From: an uncultured Rhodopirellula sp. | GTDB lineage: Bacteria; Planctomycetota; Planctomycetia; Pirellulales; Pirellulaceae | Assembly (NCBI GenBank): GCA_964007735.1 | Contig: CAXGAI010000003.1 | Coordinates: 1-64,000 of the forward strand | Length of the DNA stretch: 64,000 bases | Reading direction: 5' to 3' | Shown here: one piece after another, positions 1-10,656 of the stretch | Position numbering within the stretch: position 1 is the stretch's first letter | Layout of the letters: the number at the start of each line of letters is the position of its first letter | Position numbers and translations under genes: made by a program | The notes under the pieces: generated by a model | The model's input: the letters and a program-made list of their open reading frames with translations, nothing else | What the model was told of the DNA's origin: nothing | Database searches by the model: none

Positions 1-283
1 TTTGCCAGGGGAGCCATAATCCGAACATGGCTACTCCACCTCCCTGCAACGCTCCCAAACATTCCATTAACATCCCCGACCTCAAGCCGGAATTCGGCAA
101 AATCGCATCTAACTGCGACCAGCCAGTCGATATCAACCCAGCCTGTAGATCACGAAACCTTTCCTCCTCACGACCTCCATTCCTAAAATCCTTCGAATCT
201 ACAGCCAGAGAAACGGACACATTACTTCGATTCAGCAAATCGTGAATCTGACGGACTACTGCTTCTGCATCCTTACCAGACAT
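1..283 (-). CDS. imuA: ImuA-like (RecA-fold) translesion synthesis protein, 5' part only; runs off the window
   Basis: Not in the ORF track. Manual translation from ATG at 283: MSGKDAEAVVRQIHDLLNRS...LISTGWSQLDAILPNSGLRSGMLMECLGALQGGGVAMFGLWLPWQ, open to position 1. The STGW..LD..LP..GL..G...E motif followed by a degenerate P-loop is typical of ImuA. Confidence 0.75.
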   Translation of the reverse strand, partial: MSGKDAEAVVRQIHDLLNRSNVSVSLAVDSKDFRNGGREEERFRDLQAGLISTGWSQLDAILPNSGLRSGMLMECLGALQGGGVAMFGLWLPWQ

Positions 284-374
284 TTGCTACCCCAGTAAAC
301 CTTTCCCATTTCATATTTACTGCCTTACAACTTACAATCCGAACCCTGAAGGAAGCAGCACCAAACCTCCTGTT

Positions 375-402
375 AGTGTACATATGTATACCTACCTGTC
401 AA
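375..402 (-). promoter_or_regulatory. Sigma70-type promoter for the imuA-like gene with an overlapping palindromic operator
   Basis: Minus strand reads TTGACA (402-397), 16 nt spacer, TACACT (380-375). The palindrome GTGTACATATGTATAC (376-391) overlaps the spacer and the -10. Confidence 0.65.
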
Positions 403-541
403 TAGTTCGACATAATTTTTTTTGAACTTCAGTGAAAACCGACCAAACCCTCCCAATTAATTCGCTCGCTGCCCATATTCGACCGCCTCAATGCCCGATA
501 AAATAAGGGCTTACGCACCCATCTTCTACAAAGTACATCTC

Positions 542-2131
542 ATGGTTCGCACTCGTTTCGCTCCCAGCCCAACCGGTTATCTGCACATCGGCGGAGTCCG
601 CACAGCTTTATTTAACTGGCTCTTTGCCCGAAAGCACGGAGGGCAATTCATCCTTCGTATCGATGACACGGATCAAAGCCGTAATGTCGACGAAGCTCTG
701 CAGCCGATCCTCGACGGATTCCGCTGGCTAGGCATTGACTGGGATGAAGGCCCAGAAGTTGATGGCCCCCATGCTCCATATTTTCAATCTCAAAGGACCG
801 AAAAATACCAGGCTGCAGTTAAAAAGATGCTGACCAACGGGACAGCCTACAAAGACTACAGCCGAACCGAGGAAATTCAAGCCGAACGAGAAACCGCTCA
901 AGCTGAAAAACGAACCTTTGTCTATAGTCGCCGTTGGATGGCAGAAACCGATGAACAGGCGGCCGTCTTCGAAGCCGAGGGGCGGACAGCCGTCGTGCGT
1001 CTCAAAATGCCTCGTGAAGGTACCTGTCTCATTCCCGATCTGATTCGAGGTGATGTCGAATTCGAATGGGCTCATGAACAAGACATGGTCATCCAAAAAG
1101 CCGACGGGACATGCCTCTACCATCTCGCCAGCGTCGTGGATGATGCGGAACTGGAGATCAGTCATGTTATCCGTGCCGAAGAACATCTCTCTAACACACC
1201 TCGGCAGATCTTCATCTCACAGAGCTTGGGATACGAGCTTCCTCAATACGCTCACCTTCCCTACGTAGCCGAACCTGGCAGTAAAAACAAACTGAGCAAA
1301 CGCAAAATCCCCAAGTATCTCAAAAACCAAGACTTCAAAAAACTGTATGATCACGGAGAAAGAATCGCGACGCGCTGCGACCGTGAATTGAGCGAGGACA
1401 CATTCAATCCGGTTATCGTCGACTTCTACCGCGACATAGGCTTCCTCCCCCACGCTATCATCAACTACCTCCTGCTGCTTGGATGGTCTCTCGACGGGGA
1501 AACCGAAGAATTCACAACCGAAGAAATGATCGCTGCGTTCTCACTTGAACGCGTTATAAAAAGCCCAGCCAGCTTCGACCCCACGAAATTAACGGCCTTC
1601 CAGCAACGCGAGATGGACAAACTCGACTTGAAGAAAAAGAGCGCCCTGTGCGTACCATACCTCCAACAAGCCGGCCTACTCGAAACACCCCCTGCTTGTG
1701 ACACAGGCCCCTACCTAAACGATATCATCACAGCTACCGAAAACCGCATCACCGTTGCTGGCGACATTCTCGACTACGACGATTTTTTTACCGCCGATGC
1801 CTCTCTTCCCTATGACGCCAAAGCATTCGCCAAACGACTAGTCAATACAGAAGGAGCTCAGCAACTACTTATAGAGTTCCGCGACACACTAAGCGAGTTA
1901 GATGACTTCAATGTCGAGTCCATTGAGCAAACGATGCGTGAATTCGTGGAAGCCAAGGACATCAAATTTGGCGAAATCATTCATCCGGTACGAGTATCCA
2001 CCACCGGCAAACCTGTCGGCTTTGGACTCTTTGAAACTTTGGCTATTTTAGGGAAAGACCGTTGTATCAACCGCATGAATCTAGCGTTGGCGTCGGCTCA
2101 AAACGAACCGCCTCAGGCAGAAAGTGAATAG
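542..2131 (+). CDS. gltX: Glutamate--tRNA ligase
   Basis: [17 protein letters not shown] (HIGH motif), RIDDTD, KLSKR (KMSKS motif), C-terminal anticodon-binding domain. Start moved to ATG 542. Confidence 0.97.
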   Translation: MVRTRFAPSPTGYLHIGGVRTALFNWLFARKHGGQFILRIDDTDQSRNVDEALQPILDGFRWLGIDWDEGPEVDGPHAPYFQSQRTEKYQAAVKKMLTNGTAYKDYSRTEEIQAERETAQAEKRTFVYSRRWMAETDEQAAVFEAEGRTAVVRLKMPREGTCLIPDLIRGDVEFEWAHEQDMVIQKADGTCLYHLASVVDDAELEISHVIRAEEHLSNTPRQIFISQSLGYELPQYAHLPYVAEPGSKNKLSKRKIPKYLKNQDFKKLYDHGERIATRCDRELSEDTFNPVIVDFYRDIGFLPHAIINYLLLLGWSLDGETEEFTTEEMIAAFSLERVIKSPASFDPTKLTAFQQREMDKLDLKKKSALCVPYLQQAGLLETPPACDTGPYLNDIITATENRITVAGDILDYDDFFTADASLPYDAKAFAKRLVNTEGAQQLLIEFRDTLSELDDFNVESIEQTMREFVEAKDIKFGEIIHPVRVSTTGKPVGFGLFETLAILGKDRCINRMNLALASAQNEPPQAESE

Positions 2132-2233
2132 CACTACCCGACACCCCGGAATTGCCATATTCAGGAAGATTCTATTCCCGTTAGAATCCAATTGCTCCCG
2201 TCCCTTTACTTCAGTCATCACCAACGAACCAAC

Positions 2234-3943
2234 ATGACCACTGACAATCAAAATCCGAACCCTTCCGAGCAACAAGAACGACAGAAAAATTTTGTCGAAC
2301 AAATTGTGGAAGCTGACTTAGCGGCTAACACTCATGAAGGACGAGTACACACTCGATTTCCTCCCGAACCCAATGGCTACTTACATATCGGCCATGCAAA
2401 AAGTATCTGCCTAAATTTCGGGATTGCACAGAACTACAAGGGAAAATGCAATCTGAGATTTGACGACACCAACCCTGCCAAAGAAGACATTGAATACGTC
2501 GAATCGATTAAAGAAGATGTGCAATGGCTGGGGTTTCAGTGGGACAACATATATTTTGCCTCAGATTACTTTCAGCAATTGTATGATCTGGCTGTCCAGC
2601 TTATCAAAGCAGGGAAAGCGTATGTCTGTAGTCTATCACCGGAAGAAACGCGAGAATACCGAGGTGGCTGGGATAGCGTAGGCAAAGACAGCCCCTATCG
2701 CGATCGAGACATTCAGGAAAACCTATCTCTCTTTGAACGCATGAAGGCTGGCGAATTCGCTGATGGCGAGCATACACTGCGAGCTAAGATTGATATGGCT
2801 TCGCCCAATATGAACATGCGAGACCCTGCGATGTATCGCATTAAGCATATCCATCACCACCGCACAGGTGACCAGTGGTGCATTTATCCAATGTACGATT
2901 TTGCTCACGGAATCTCCGACTCCATTGAAAATATCACTCACTCAATCTGCACACTTGAATTCGAACATCACCGGCCACTCTATGACTGGTTTCTGGACGA
3001 ATTAGATATCTTCCGATCACGACAATACGAATTCGCTCGCCTCAACATAACGCATGCCATCATGAGCAAACGAAGATTGCTTGAACTTGTAGAAAACAAA
3101 CACGTCCAAGGGTGGGACGATCCTCGTATGCCAACCATCAGCGGCCTGCGTCGCCGTGGCTATACCCCCCAAGCCATACGCGAATTCTGCACACGCATCG
3201 GAGTCACCAAACAGAACTCGACTCATGACATTTCCTGGCTTGAGGATTCACTGCGAGCTCAACTGAACAAAGAGGTTCAACGTCGTGCCGCTGTAATCCG
3301 ACCACTCAAAGTGGTTATCGAAAACTTCCCCGAAGGACATGTTGAGTTCATGGAAGCGGTAAACAATCCAGAAGATCCATCCTTCGGCACTCGCCAGGTC
3401 CCATTCACTCGCGAACTTTACATCGAACAGTCTGACTTTATGGAGGATCCCCCAAAAAAATTCTTCCGACTTGGCCCCGGCCGTGAAGTAAGACTACGCT
3501 ACGGATTCTTCATTACCTGCCAGGAAGTCATTAAAGACGGGGACGGAAACATCATCGAATTGCGTTGCACCTATGATCCTGAAACACGAGGCGGTCAGGC
3601 TCCGGATGGTCGCAAAGTCAAAGGCACCATCCACTGGGTCTCTGCCGAACACGCCGTGGAAGCGGAAGTTCGCCTCTACGATCACTTATTCCAAACACCA
3701 AATCCAAGCGATGTGGAAGAAGGACAGTCTTATCTCGACAATCTCAACCCCCATTCTCTTGAAGTTCTCACAGACTGCAAACTCGAATCTTCTCTAGCGG
3801 AAGCCCAACCGGGTGAACGGTTTCAATTTGAAAGACTTGGCTATTTTTGTGTCGACACCAAGGAAAGCAATGGAACCAAACCTATTTTTAATCGCAGTGT
3901 GACTCTTAGAGACACCTGGGCAAAAATGCAGAAGCGAAGTTAG
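2234..3943 (+). CDS. glnS: Glutamine--tRNA ligase
   Basis: [49 protein letters not shown]. Start moved to ATG 2234. Confidence 0.97.
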   Translation: MTTDNQNPNPSEQQERQKNFVEQIVEADLAANTHEGRVHTRFPPEPNGYLHIGHAKSICLNFGIAQNYKGKCNLRFDDTNPAKEDIEYVESIKEDVQWLGFQWDNIYFASDYFQQLYDLAVQLIKAGKAYVCSLSPEETREYRGGWDSVGKDSPYRDRDIQENLSLFERMKAGEFADGEHTLRAKIDMASPNMNMRDPAMYRIKHIHHHRTGDQWCIYPMYDFAHGISDSIENITHSICTLEFEHHRPLYDWFLDELDIFRSRQYEFARLNITHAIMSKRRLLELVENKHVQGWDDPRMPTISGLRRRGYTPQAIREFCTRIGVTKQNSTHDISWLEDSLRAQLNKEVQRRAAVIRPLKVVIENFPEGHVEFMEAVNNPEDPSFGTRQVPFTRELYIEQSDFMEDPPKKFFRLGPGREVRLRYGFFITCQEVIKDGDGNIIELRCTYDPETRGGQAPDGRKVKGTIHWVSAEHAVEAEVRLYDHLFQTPNPSDVEEGQSYLDNLNPHSLEVLTDCKLESSLAEAQPGERFQFERLGYFCVDTKESNGTKPIFNRSVTLRDTWAKMQKRS

Positions 3944-3950
3944 AAGCACC

Positions 3951-4949
3951 ATGAGCGACCTACTGGTCACATCCAACGCACAGGAATCCACCGGAGGTAA
4001 TGTTTCGGTAAGCGCTCCTACGCGTCTTCATTTTGGCCTGCTCGCTTTTGGAAATCAGGAAGGCCGTAATTTTGGCGGCGTGGGCCTGATGCTCAAGAAA
4101 CCTCGCATCAAAATTAAGGTCAAAGCCAGTCAATCTTTTAATACCATCGGTATCTATGCAGACAGGCTGGCTGAGTTTGCCGAAATGTGGAAGGACTACA
4201 CCAAAGCCGACCAACTCCCAAACTGCACTCTGAAAGTGACAAAGGCACCACCTCAACATGTCGGTCTGGGCCTTGGAACACAACTTGGACTTTCAACAGC
4301 CGAAGCCTTACAACGTTTCGTCAGCCATTCTGGCTTTTCAGCCATGGAACGCGCAATCGTCGTAAATCGGGCTGCTCGCAGTGCGGTTGGCACTTATGGA
4401 TTTGAGTTTGGAGGATTAATCGTCGAACGCGGACGACTACCAAACGAACGGATCTCACCTCTGGAATGCCGAATGGACTTCCCCAAACAATGGCGCATCG
4501 CACTGATCCGCCCGGAGGGTGGCAGCGGACTGTCTGGTGAGTCCGAAATAAAAGCATTTACAGATATCCCGCCGGTATCTCAGCGGATCACCGATCAACT
4601 GCTGGATATCATTCAGTCCCAGTTACTTCCCGGCCTTACTGGTCACGATTTCAGTCAGGTCACCGAAGCCGTTGAATCGTATGGACATCTGGCAGGAAGT
4701 TGCTTCGAAGAGATTCAAGGCGGGCCGTATAATGGTCGTCTACTAAACAAACGAGTTGCCTGGCTCAAACAAATGGGAGCTCGCGGAGTAGGTCAAAGCA
4801 GTTGGGGACCGACTCTCTTTTGTTTCTTTGACTCGAAGGAAGCAGCCCAAGAATTCCAGCGTAATGTCCCTGATGACGGCTCCGGCCAAAAATTAATCGT
4901 AGACATTGTAAAGCCTGACAATCAGGGCGCTGTTATAGGTTATGGCTAA
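3951..4949 (+). CDS. mptG: Beta-ribofuranosylaminobenzene 5'-phosphate (RFA-P) synthase, methanopterin biosynthesis
   Basis: PTRLHFGL, FGGVGL, PQHVGLGLGTQL (GHMP-like loop), RSAVGTYGFEFGG, GQSSWGPT. Confidence 0.88.
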   Translation: MSDLLVTSNAQESTGGNVSVSAPTRLHFGLLAFGNQEGRNFGGVGLMLKKPRIKIKVKASQSFNTIGIYADRLAEFAEMWKDYTKADQLPNCTLKVTKAPPQHVGLGLGTQLGLSTAEALQRFVSHSGFSAMERAIVVNRAARSAVGTYGFEFGGLIVERGRLPNERISPLECRMDFPKQWRIALIRPEGGSGLSGESEIKAFTDIPPVSQRITDQLLDIIQSQLLPGLTGHDFSQVTEAVESYGHLAGSCFEEIQGGPYNGRLLNKRVAWLKQMGARGVGQSSWGPTLFCFFDSKEAAQEFQRNVPDDGSGQKLIVDIVKPDNQGAVIGYG

Positions 4950-5149
4950 ATGACAGGTGCCGAATAAACTATCCGGCCATATCTAGCCCAAACTCATTTG
5001 TTCGGCTCGGAATCTAGTGTCTGTTGTTTGTCACTGTTCTTTCTAAGAATGCCGGCCTGTGTCGTTTTCCAAGACGAAGCTAATTGCCCTTTAGGCACTT
5101 TGAATCATAATAGAGAGATACCTATTCCTAAATTACGGACAGGCAATTC

Positions 5150-5878
5150 ATGCTAGAACTTGGTGTAAACATCGACCACATTGCCACGATTCGGCAAGCT
5201 CGAAAAACCTATGAACCCGACCCGGTCACTGCTGCTGCGATGGCTGAACTGGGCGGTGCAGACTGCATTACCGTCCACCTACGTGAAGACCGACGGCACA
5301 TCATCGATCGCGATGTACGCATCCTCGCCGACACGGTAAACATTAAGCTCAATCTGGAAATGAGCATTGCAAACGATATCGTCGACATCGCCTGTCAAAC
5401 AAAACCGAATCAAGTAACTCTCGTTCCTGAAAAACGTGAAGAAGTTACGACCGAAGGTGGTCTGGATGTTGCAGGAAACTACAGCAACATTGAATCTACC
5501 GTCAAACGATTACACGATGCCGGCATCAGTATCTCACTATTCCTCGACCCGGAAGAAGCACAAATTGAAGCTGCTCACAAACTTCAGGTCGAGGCTGTTG
5601 AACTGCATACAGGCCAGTATGCCTTAAACTCTGGGGCCGAACGTAACGCCTGCCTGCAAGAACTTATCACTAGTGGTCGGCAAATAGCTGATGCCGGGAT
5701 GACACTTCACGCCGGCCATGGATTGAACTACCAAAATGTGATTCCTGTTGCTCGAATTGACAACATGGTGGAACTCAACATTGGACACTCCATTATTTCC
5801 CGGGCCATATTTATCGGGCTGACACAAGCCGTGCAGGAAATGAAGCAACTCCTCGTGATTGCTGAATCCAAACACTAG
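5150..5878 (+). CDS. pdxJ: Pyridoxine 5'-phosphate synthase
   Basis: [51 protein letters not shown]. Confidence 0.97.
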   Translation: MLELGVNIDHIATIRQARKTYEPDPVTAAAMAELGGADCITVHLREDRRHIIDRDVRILADTVNIKLNLEMSIANDIVDIACQTKPNQVTLVPEKREEVTTEGGLDVAGNYSNIESTVKRLHDAGISISLFLDPEEAQIEAAHKLQVEAVELHTGQYALNSGAERNACLQELITSGRQIADAGMTLHAGHGLNYQNVIPVARIDNMVELNIGHSIISRAIFIGLTQAVQEMKQLLVIAESKH

Positions 5879-5900
5879 AGTCAATCACGAAAGACGAATC

Positions 5901-7055
5901 ATGCAAATCGGCTATTGCACTAACGTCCATGCCGGACCTGATCTAGAAACAACTCGAGCGAATCTGCTGCAATACGCGTCGAATGTGAAGCAGCAATTCT
6001 CACCAGAAACTCCCATGGGTGTCGGACTTTGGCTGGCCGCTCCAGCCGCCGCCAGCCTTCGGGACCCAGTGCAACTTGCAACTTTTCGTGACTGGCTAGC
6101 TCAACATGAGCTTGTCCCCTTCACTCTTAATGGATTCCCTTACGGAGATTTCCATACCGAAATTGTGAAGCACAGGGTTTACAAACCAACTTGGTTTGAC
6201 AGCAATCGCCTCACTTACACCACTAACCTCATCAATGCTCTGCACGGCCTTTTGCCGGAAGGCATGGAAGGTAGCATTTCAACACTACCGATTGCCTGGG
6301 ATCGCAAGTCCATGACTCCTCAGCAGTGGATAAAAGCTTCTCAGCAATTGCTCCAACTTTGTCGCTACCTACATCAACTCGAACAGGAAACAGGGCGACT
6401 GATCTATGTCTGTCTTGAACCGGAACCAGGCTGCGTGCTCGATGTTGCAAAAGATATGATCGATCTATTCCATGAGCGACTTCTCCCCTTTGAAGACGAA
6501 AACATCGTCACGCGATATTTACGAATCTGCCATGACATATGCCATAGCGCTGTCATGTTCGAACCTCAGGCCGACGTCCTCCAGAGATATCGAACACTCG
6601 GAATCCGTGTTGGCAAAGTACAGATCTCGTCCGCCGTCCGTGTCGACTTCAACTCAATTACACCTGAACAACGATCTCAAGCGTTAGAACAGCTAGCAAG
6701 TTTCAATGAACCTCGCTATCTTCATCAAACCAGCATCCGGGAACCATCGGGCGAAACGAGATTCTATGAAGACCTTAGCTTAGCTCTAGACGCCGTGAAG
6801 CAAGCAAGGGATTTGAATAGCATTTGGAGTGTGCACTTCCACGTTCCAGTTTATCTCGAATCACTTGGACTGCTGGGAACATCTCGTTCAGACATCCTTC
6901 GCTGCTTCGAAGTATGCAAATCGATGCCCGACCTGCAACACTATGAAGTGGAGACCTATGCTTGGAATGTTTTGCCCAAAGAACATCAGATAGACAATCT
7001 AGCTGATGGAATCGCCCGTGAAATGAATTGGGTTCGCGAGCAGCTAACCTCCTAA
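5901..7055 (+). CDS. eboE: EboE-family TIM-barrel (xylose isomerase-like) protein
   Basis: GYCTNVHAG, FTLNGFPYGDFH, VKHRVYKP, LEPEPGC, DICH, EPRYLHQT, VHFHVP, EVETYAW. Start at ATG 5901. Confidence 0.88.
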   Translation: MQIGYCTNVHAGPDLETTRANLLQYASNVKQQFSPETPMGVGLWLAAPAAASLRDPVQLATFRDWLAQHELVPFTLNGFPYGDFHTEIVKHRVYKPTWFDSNRLTYTTNLINALHGLLPEGMEGSISTLPIAWDRKSMTPQQWIKASQQLLQLCRYLHQLEQETGRLIYVCLEPEPGCVLDVAKDMIDLFHERLLPFEDENIVTRYLRICHDICHSAVMFEPQADVLQRYRTLGIRVGKVQISSAVRVDFNSITPEQRSQALEQLASFNEPRYLHQTSIREPSGETRFYEDLSLALDAVKQARDLNSIWSVHFHVPVYLESLGLLGTSRSDILRCFEVCKSMPDLQHYEVETYAWNVLPKEHQIDNLADGIAREMNWVREQLTS

Positions 7056-7104
7056 ACTTTAAGCCCGACAATTCCCCACATCAAAACGTTAACCACCTTC
7101 ACTC

Positions 7105-7887
7105 ATGCAACTAAAAAATCAAACCGCGGTAATCACTGGAGCATCCACCGGCATTGGTCGGGCGATTGCGGTGGCATTCGCTCAGCAGGGTGCGAACTTG
7201 ATTTTGCATGCGAAAAGCAATCAGGAGCGTCTAGCAGAAACCGCCGCTTTGGTACAACAGCACGACGTTAAATGCACAACATATCTGGCCGACTTAACCT
7301 GCCAGAAAAGCCGTGAGAACTTTGTTCAGACAGTTCTGTCTAACGGCTTAATTAACATCTGGGTCAATAATGCCGGAGCGGACATCCTTACCGGTGTGAA
7401 CTCAGAACTCGATTTTTCTGAGAAGCTTCAGTTACTCTGGAACATGGATGTTCAGGGAACCATCGAGGTGTGTCGACTGATAGGCGAAGTATTTACCGAG
7501 ACCGGCAAACGTACAAACGCCGTCATTTTAAATATAGGATGGGATCAGGCGGAAACAGGACAGTCGGGTGACAGTGGACAGCTATTTGGCACAACCAAAG
7601 CAGCTGTCATCGGATATTCACGCAGTCTTGCTCGTACTCTGGCACCTCATGTACGCGTGAATTGCCTGGCGCCCGGATGGATCCAAACAGCTTGGGGCGA
7701 TCAGGCTCCTGGACATTGGGATAAACGAGTTCGTCGTGAATCTCTTATGCAACGTTGGGGGAAACCGGAAGATGTTGCCAATGCGGCTGTCTTTGCAGCG
7801 GCTCCCTCATCTTCATTTATTACAGGCCAGATCATTCGAATTAATGGGGGATTGAATCACGAACAGATCATTCCTCCGCAATCATAA
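7105..7887 (+). CDS. SDR-family NAD(P)-dependent oxidoreductase (atypical active site)
   Basis: TGASTGIG, NNAG, VRVNCLAPGWI, ITGQIIRINGG. The catalytic YxxxK position reads FGTTK. Confidence 0.9.
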   Translation: MQLKNQTAVITGASTGIGRAIAVAFAQQGANLILHAKSNQERLAETAALVQQHDVKCTTYLADLTCQKSRENFVQTVLSNGLINIWVNNAGADILTGVNSELDFSEKLQLLWNMDVQGTIEVCRLIGEVFTETGKRTNAVILNIGWDQAETGQSGDSGQLFGTTKAAVIGYSRSLARTLAPHVRVNCLAPGWIQTAWGDQAPGHWDKRVRRESLMQRWGKPEDVANAAVFAAAPSSSFITGQIIRINGGLNHEQIIPPQS

Positions 7888-7920
7888 CTCAGACTCAGTC
7901 AATTCTTCCCGGAAATCGGA

Positions 7921-9363
7921 ATGACCGATCGCTCAAACATAAAAGGCAAGCGAATCCTGTTTGTAACAGGCAGGCTGGCTGAACATGGATTACGGGAAGT
8001 GCTCAACAAGCTCAGCCAACAACTCGAGTTTGAGTATGAACTTACCGTCATGCCGATAACTGTCGCCGCATTAATGACCCCTGCATGGATCGCCAAACGC
8101 CTTCAGGTTGCCGATAATATCGACCTCATCATTGTTCCCGGCTACTGCGACAACAATCTCACAGACCTGCAGCAGACCACGAATGTCCCCATTGAACTAG
8201 GGCCACATGACCTTCGAAAACTCCCTCAACACTTTGGTCTTGGCTATCAACCTCCAGATGATTATGGTCATTATGATATTGAAATCCTGGGTGAAATAAA
8301 TCATGCCCCAAGACTTTCAATGGAATCCATCCTGAAGCAGGCTCATACCCTTAAGTCCTCAGGCGCAGACTACATTGACATTGGCTGTGATCCGGGAAGC
8401 GTCTGGAGTGGCGTCGGCGACTGCGTTAAGCAGCTCGTGGATACTGGCTTCAAAGTATCGATTGACAGTCTGAATACAATAGAGATCTCCAGTGCCGTTC
8501 AAGCTGGGGCATCACTGGTATTGAGCGTAAACAGCTCTAATCGAGATGCTGCGGTAGGCTGGGGGGTTCCCGTTGTGGTGATCCCAGACGATTTATCAAC
8601 ACTTGCAGGTCTCGATGATACTGTTGAATTTTTGGCAACGGCAGGTGTGCCCATTCGGATCGATCCTATTTTGGAGCCAATCGGTTGTGGTTTCACTAAT
8701 AGTCTGGAACGGTACATTCGGATCAGGAAGCGATACCCCGACGCTGAAATGATGATGGGTATCGGGAATCTGTCGGAATTGACTGACGTGGATAGTGCCG
8801 GAGTTAATACACTTCTGCTTGGGATCTGTCAGGAGTTGGGAATCCGTAGTGTCTTAACGACGGAGGTCATTAATTGGGCTCGGTCGAGCGTTCGAGAGTG
8901 TGATATTGCCCGACGGTTAGTCCACTATTCCGTAAACCATGGTGTTCCCCCCAAACATCTGGAAACTGAATTACTAACCTTGAGAGATGAAGAGGTCTCC
9001 AGTTTCGGAAAGGAAGCTCTCGACAATCTAGCTAATAGCATAAAAGATCCGAACTATCGCATTTATGCCGAACAGGACGAGATTCACCTTATCAGTGCAG
9101 GCCTACACCTTCACGACAAAGATCCGTTCAAGCTATTCGAACGACTTGCAAGTGGTGAAAAACAAGAACATCGACCACACAACCTCGATGCTTCTCACAG
9201 TTTTTACCTAGGATACGAAATGGCCAAGGCCCTGACGGCCATCACACTTTCGAAACAGTATACGCAGGACCAGGCTCTAAACTGGGGGCATTTAACACGA
9301 AAAGAAAAGAACCATCGTCTGACTCGATCACGAACGGATAAGCCTGCAGCAGATCGGGACTAG
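7921..9363 (+). CDS. Dihydropteroate synthase-like protein (DUF6513 + pterin-binding barrel + DUF4346), Orf20-type methanopterin biosynthesis protein
   Basis: ILFVTGRLAE, VAALMT, GADYIDIGC, VSIDS, IDPILEPIG, GNLSELTDVDSAG, HSFYLGYEMAKA, YTQDQAL. Confidence 0.88.
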   Translation: MTDRSNIKGKRILFVTGRLAEHGLREVLNKLSQQLEFEYELTVMPITVAALMTPAWIAKRLQVADNIDLIIVPGYCDNNLTDLQQTTNVPIELGPHDLRKLPQHFGLGYQPPDDYGHYDIEILGEINHAPRLSMESILKQAHTLKSSGADYIDIGCDPGSVWSGVGDCVKQLVDTGFKVSIDSLNTIEISSAVQAGASLVLSVNSSNRDAAVGWGVPVVVIPDDLSTLAGLDDTVEFLATAGVPIRIDPILEPIGCGFTNSLERYIRIRKRYPDAEMMMGIGNLSELTDVDSAGVNTLLLGICQELGIRSVLTTEVINWARSSVRECDIARRLVHYSVNHGVPPKHLETELLTLRDEEVSSFGKEALDNLANSIKDPNYRIYAEQDEIHLISAGLHLHDKDPFKLFERLASGEKQEHRPHNLDASHSFYLGYEMAKALTAITLSKQYTQDQALNWGHLTRKEKNHRLTRSRTDKPAADRD

Positions 9364-9938
9364 CAGCAACCACTGAGCTGAGCTGCGATAAACTGCTCTA
9401 ACATTTCAAAGGCTTTCTCTTCCTGTTGACCTGCCGTTTTTTGCACAATGATCTTCAGGTGCTTCATCTGGCTTAGGATCTCATCCGAAGGAATAAACCT
9501 CGTCCGGGTCGCAAGAATTGCTGCTTCTAAGACGGCATGTTTAGCACGATTAAAACCGAAAAACTCCCGGAGTTGCCCCTGTTGGGTGACACGACATTCA
9601 ATACGAGTACGCTCTTCTTTATCATTCATTGAAGTCACTTCAAACTCAAACCACCGACAAGCATTTTCCAGCACATACCCGTTTACCTCAGGCATTTCAA
9701 TAAAAGACGGTTGGGCAGACCACAAATTGATGGCTGAACACGCCAACAACATAACATCATCAGTAATGTGTAGTACTCCCTTACCCTCCCGTTTTAGATT
9801 CACGTAGGTTCGGGAGGACGTGTACGGTTTCAGAACAAATTCATGCCAATTACCTCTATCGGCAACTTCTGGCCCCATCGGAGAAACATTCGGACTGCCA
9901 TCCTCATGCCTGGTTGTTACAATCGCTTCAAGAATCAT
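9360..9938 (-). CDS. DUF447 family protein (split-barrel, methanopterin-cluster associated)
   Basis: MILEAIVTT...NVSPMG, KPYTSSRTYVNL, GFNRAKHAVLEAAILATR. Confidence 0.85.
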   Translation of the reverse strand: MILEAIVTTRHEDGSPNVSPMGPEVADRGNWHEFVLKPYTSSRTYVNLKREGKGVLHITDDVMLLACSAINLWSAQPSFIEMPEVNGYVLENACRWFEFEVTSMNDKEERTRIECRVTQQGQLREFFGFNRAKHAVLEAAILATRTRFIPSDEILSQMKHLKIIVQKTAGQQEEKAFEMLEQFIAAQLSGCC

Positions 9939-9956
9939 TATTTCTTTTTCTCTGTC

Positions 9957-10619
9957 TCAAAACGTCGCTGGTCGGTTTGGCGTTTCAAACGGGCCAGCTT
10001 CACCAGCACGGCATTCATCGGTAACCGATGGAAAAACCATATCCACTTCGATACCTGCTAGTTTTAGAAATTGAGCAAGGATCGTAAATCCATTGTTGGT
10101 AAGCACCGACTCAGGGTGAAACTGAATCCCCACCACCGGAAACTCTTTATGCCTAATCCCCATCACTGTACCATCGCCCAGCCAGGCTGTCTTTTGTAAA
10201 TTCTCAGGCAAGCCTTCTTCAGCCACCACCAATGAATGATAGCGACAAGCTTGGAAGGCTCCGTCAATTTCCTTAAAAAGGCCGTCTCCATCGTGTTCAA
10301 TCAAGCTACTTCGACCATGCACAGGTTCCTTAGCCACGACGACACTTCCTCCGTAAGCCTGTCCAATCGCCTGATGTCCCAGACAAACTCCCAGGATTGG
10401 ATATTCTCTTCCCAACTCACGAATCACTTCCAGACTAATACCTGCAGTATCGGGAGTGCAGGGTCCAGGAGAAATAACGATGGCTTGAGGATTCATTTTG
10501 CGAATTTCCTCAACCGTAATTTGGTCATTGCGCACAACAAAAATATCCTGTCCCAACCGTTGGAAGTAACGGCCCAGGTTTTGAACAAAGCTATCGTAAT
10601 TATCAATTAACAAAATCAC
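9957..10619 (-). CDS. pabA: Aminodeoxychorismate/anthranilate synthase component II (glutamine amidotransferase)
   Basis: LLIDNYDSF, ISPGPC, GVCLGHQ, RYHSL, QFHPES; directly downstream of pabB. Start at GTG 10619. Confidence 0.9.
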   Translation of the reverse strand: MILLIDNYDSFVQNLGRYFQRLGQDIFVVRNDQITVEEIRKMNPQAIVISPGPCTPDTAGISLEVIRELGREYPILGVCLGHQAIGQAYGGSVVVAKEPVHGRSSLIEHDGDGLFKEIDGAFQACRYHSLVVAEEGLPENLQKTAWLGDGTVMGIRHKEFPVVGIQFHPESVLTNNGFTILAQFLKLAGIEVDMVFPSVTDECRAGEAGPFETPNRPATF

Positions 10620-10656
10620 TGAAACACCTAAATCACCAACCAGCCATACCAATCCA

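Noticed and set aside
27..245. 72-aa plus-strand ORF in the track
   Set aside because: Shadow of the minus-strand imuA-like gene; no recognisable motifs.
335..362. CCCTGAAGGAAGCAGCA resembles the SRP (4.5S) RNA core
   Set aside because: It lacks the upstream CAGG and a GNRA loop, has no long flanking helix, and lies in the imuA-like leader on the opposite strand.
4959..5006. Inverted repeat GCCGAATAAA/TTTGTTCGGC after mptG
   Set aside because: Large loop and no U-tract; cannot support a terminator or ncRNA call.
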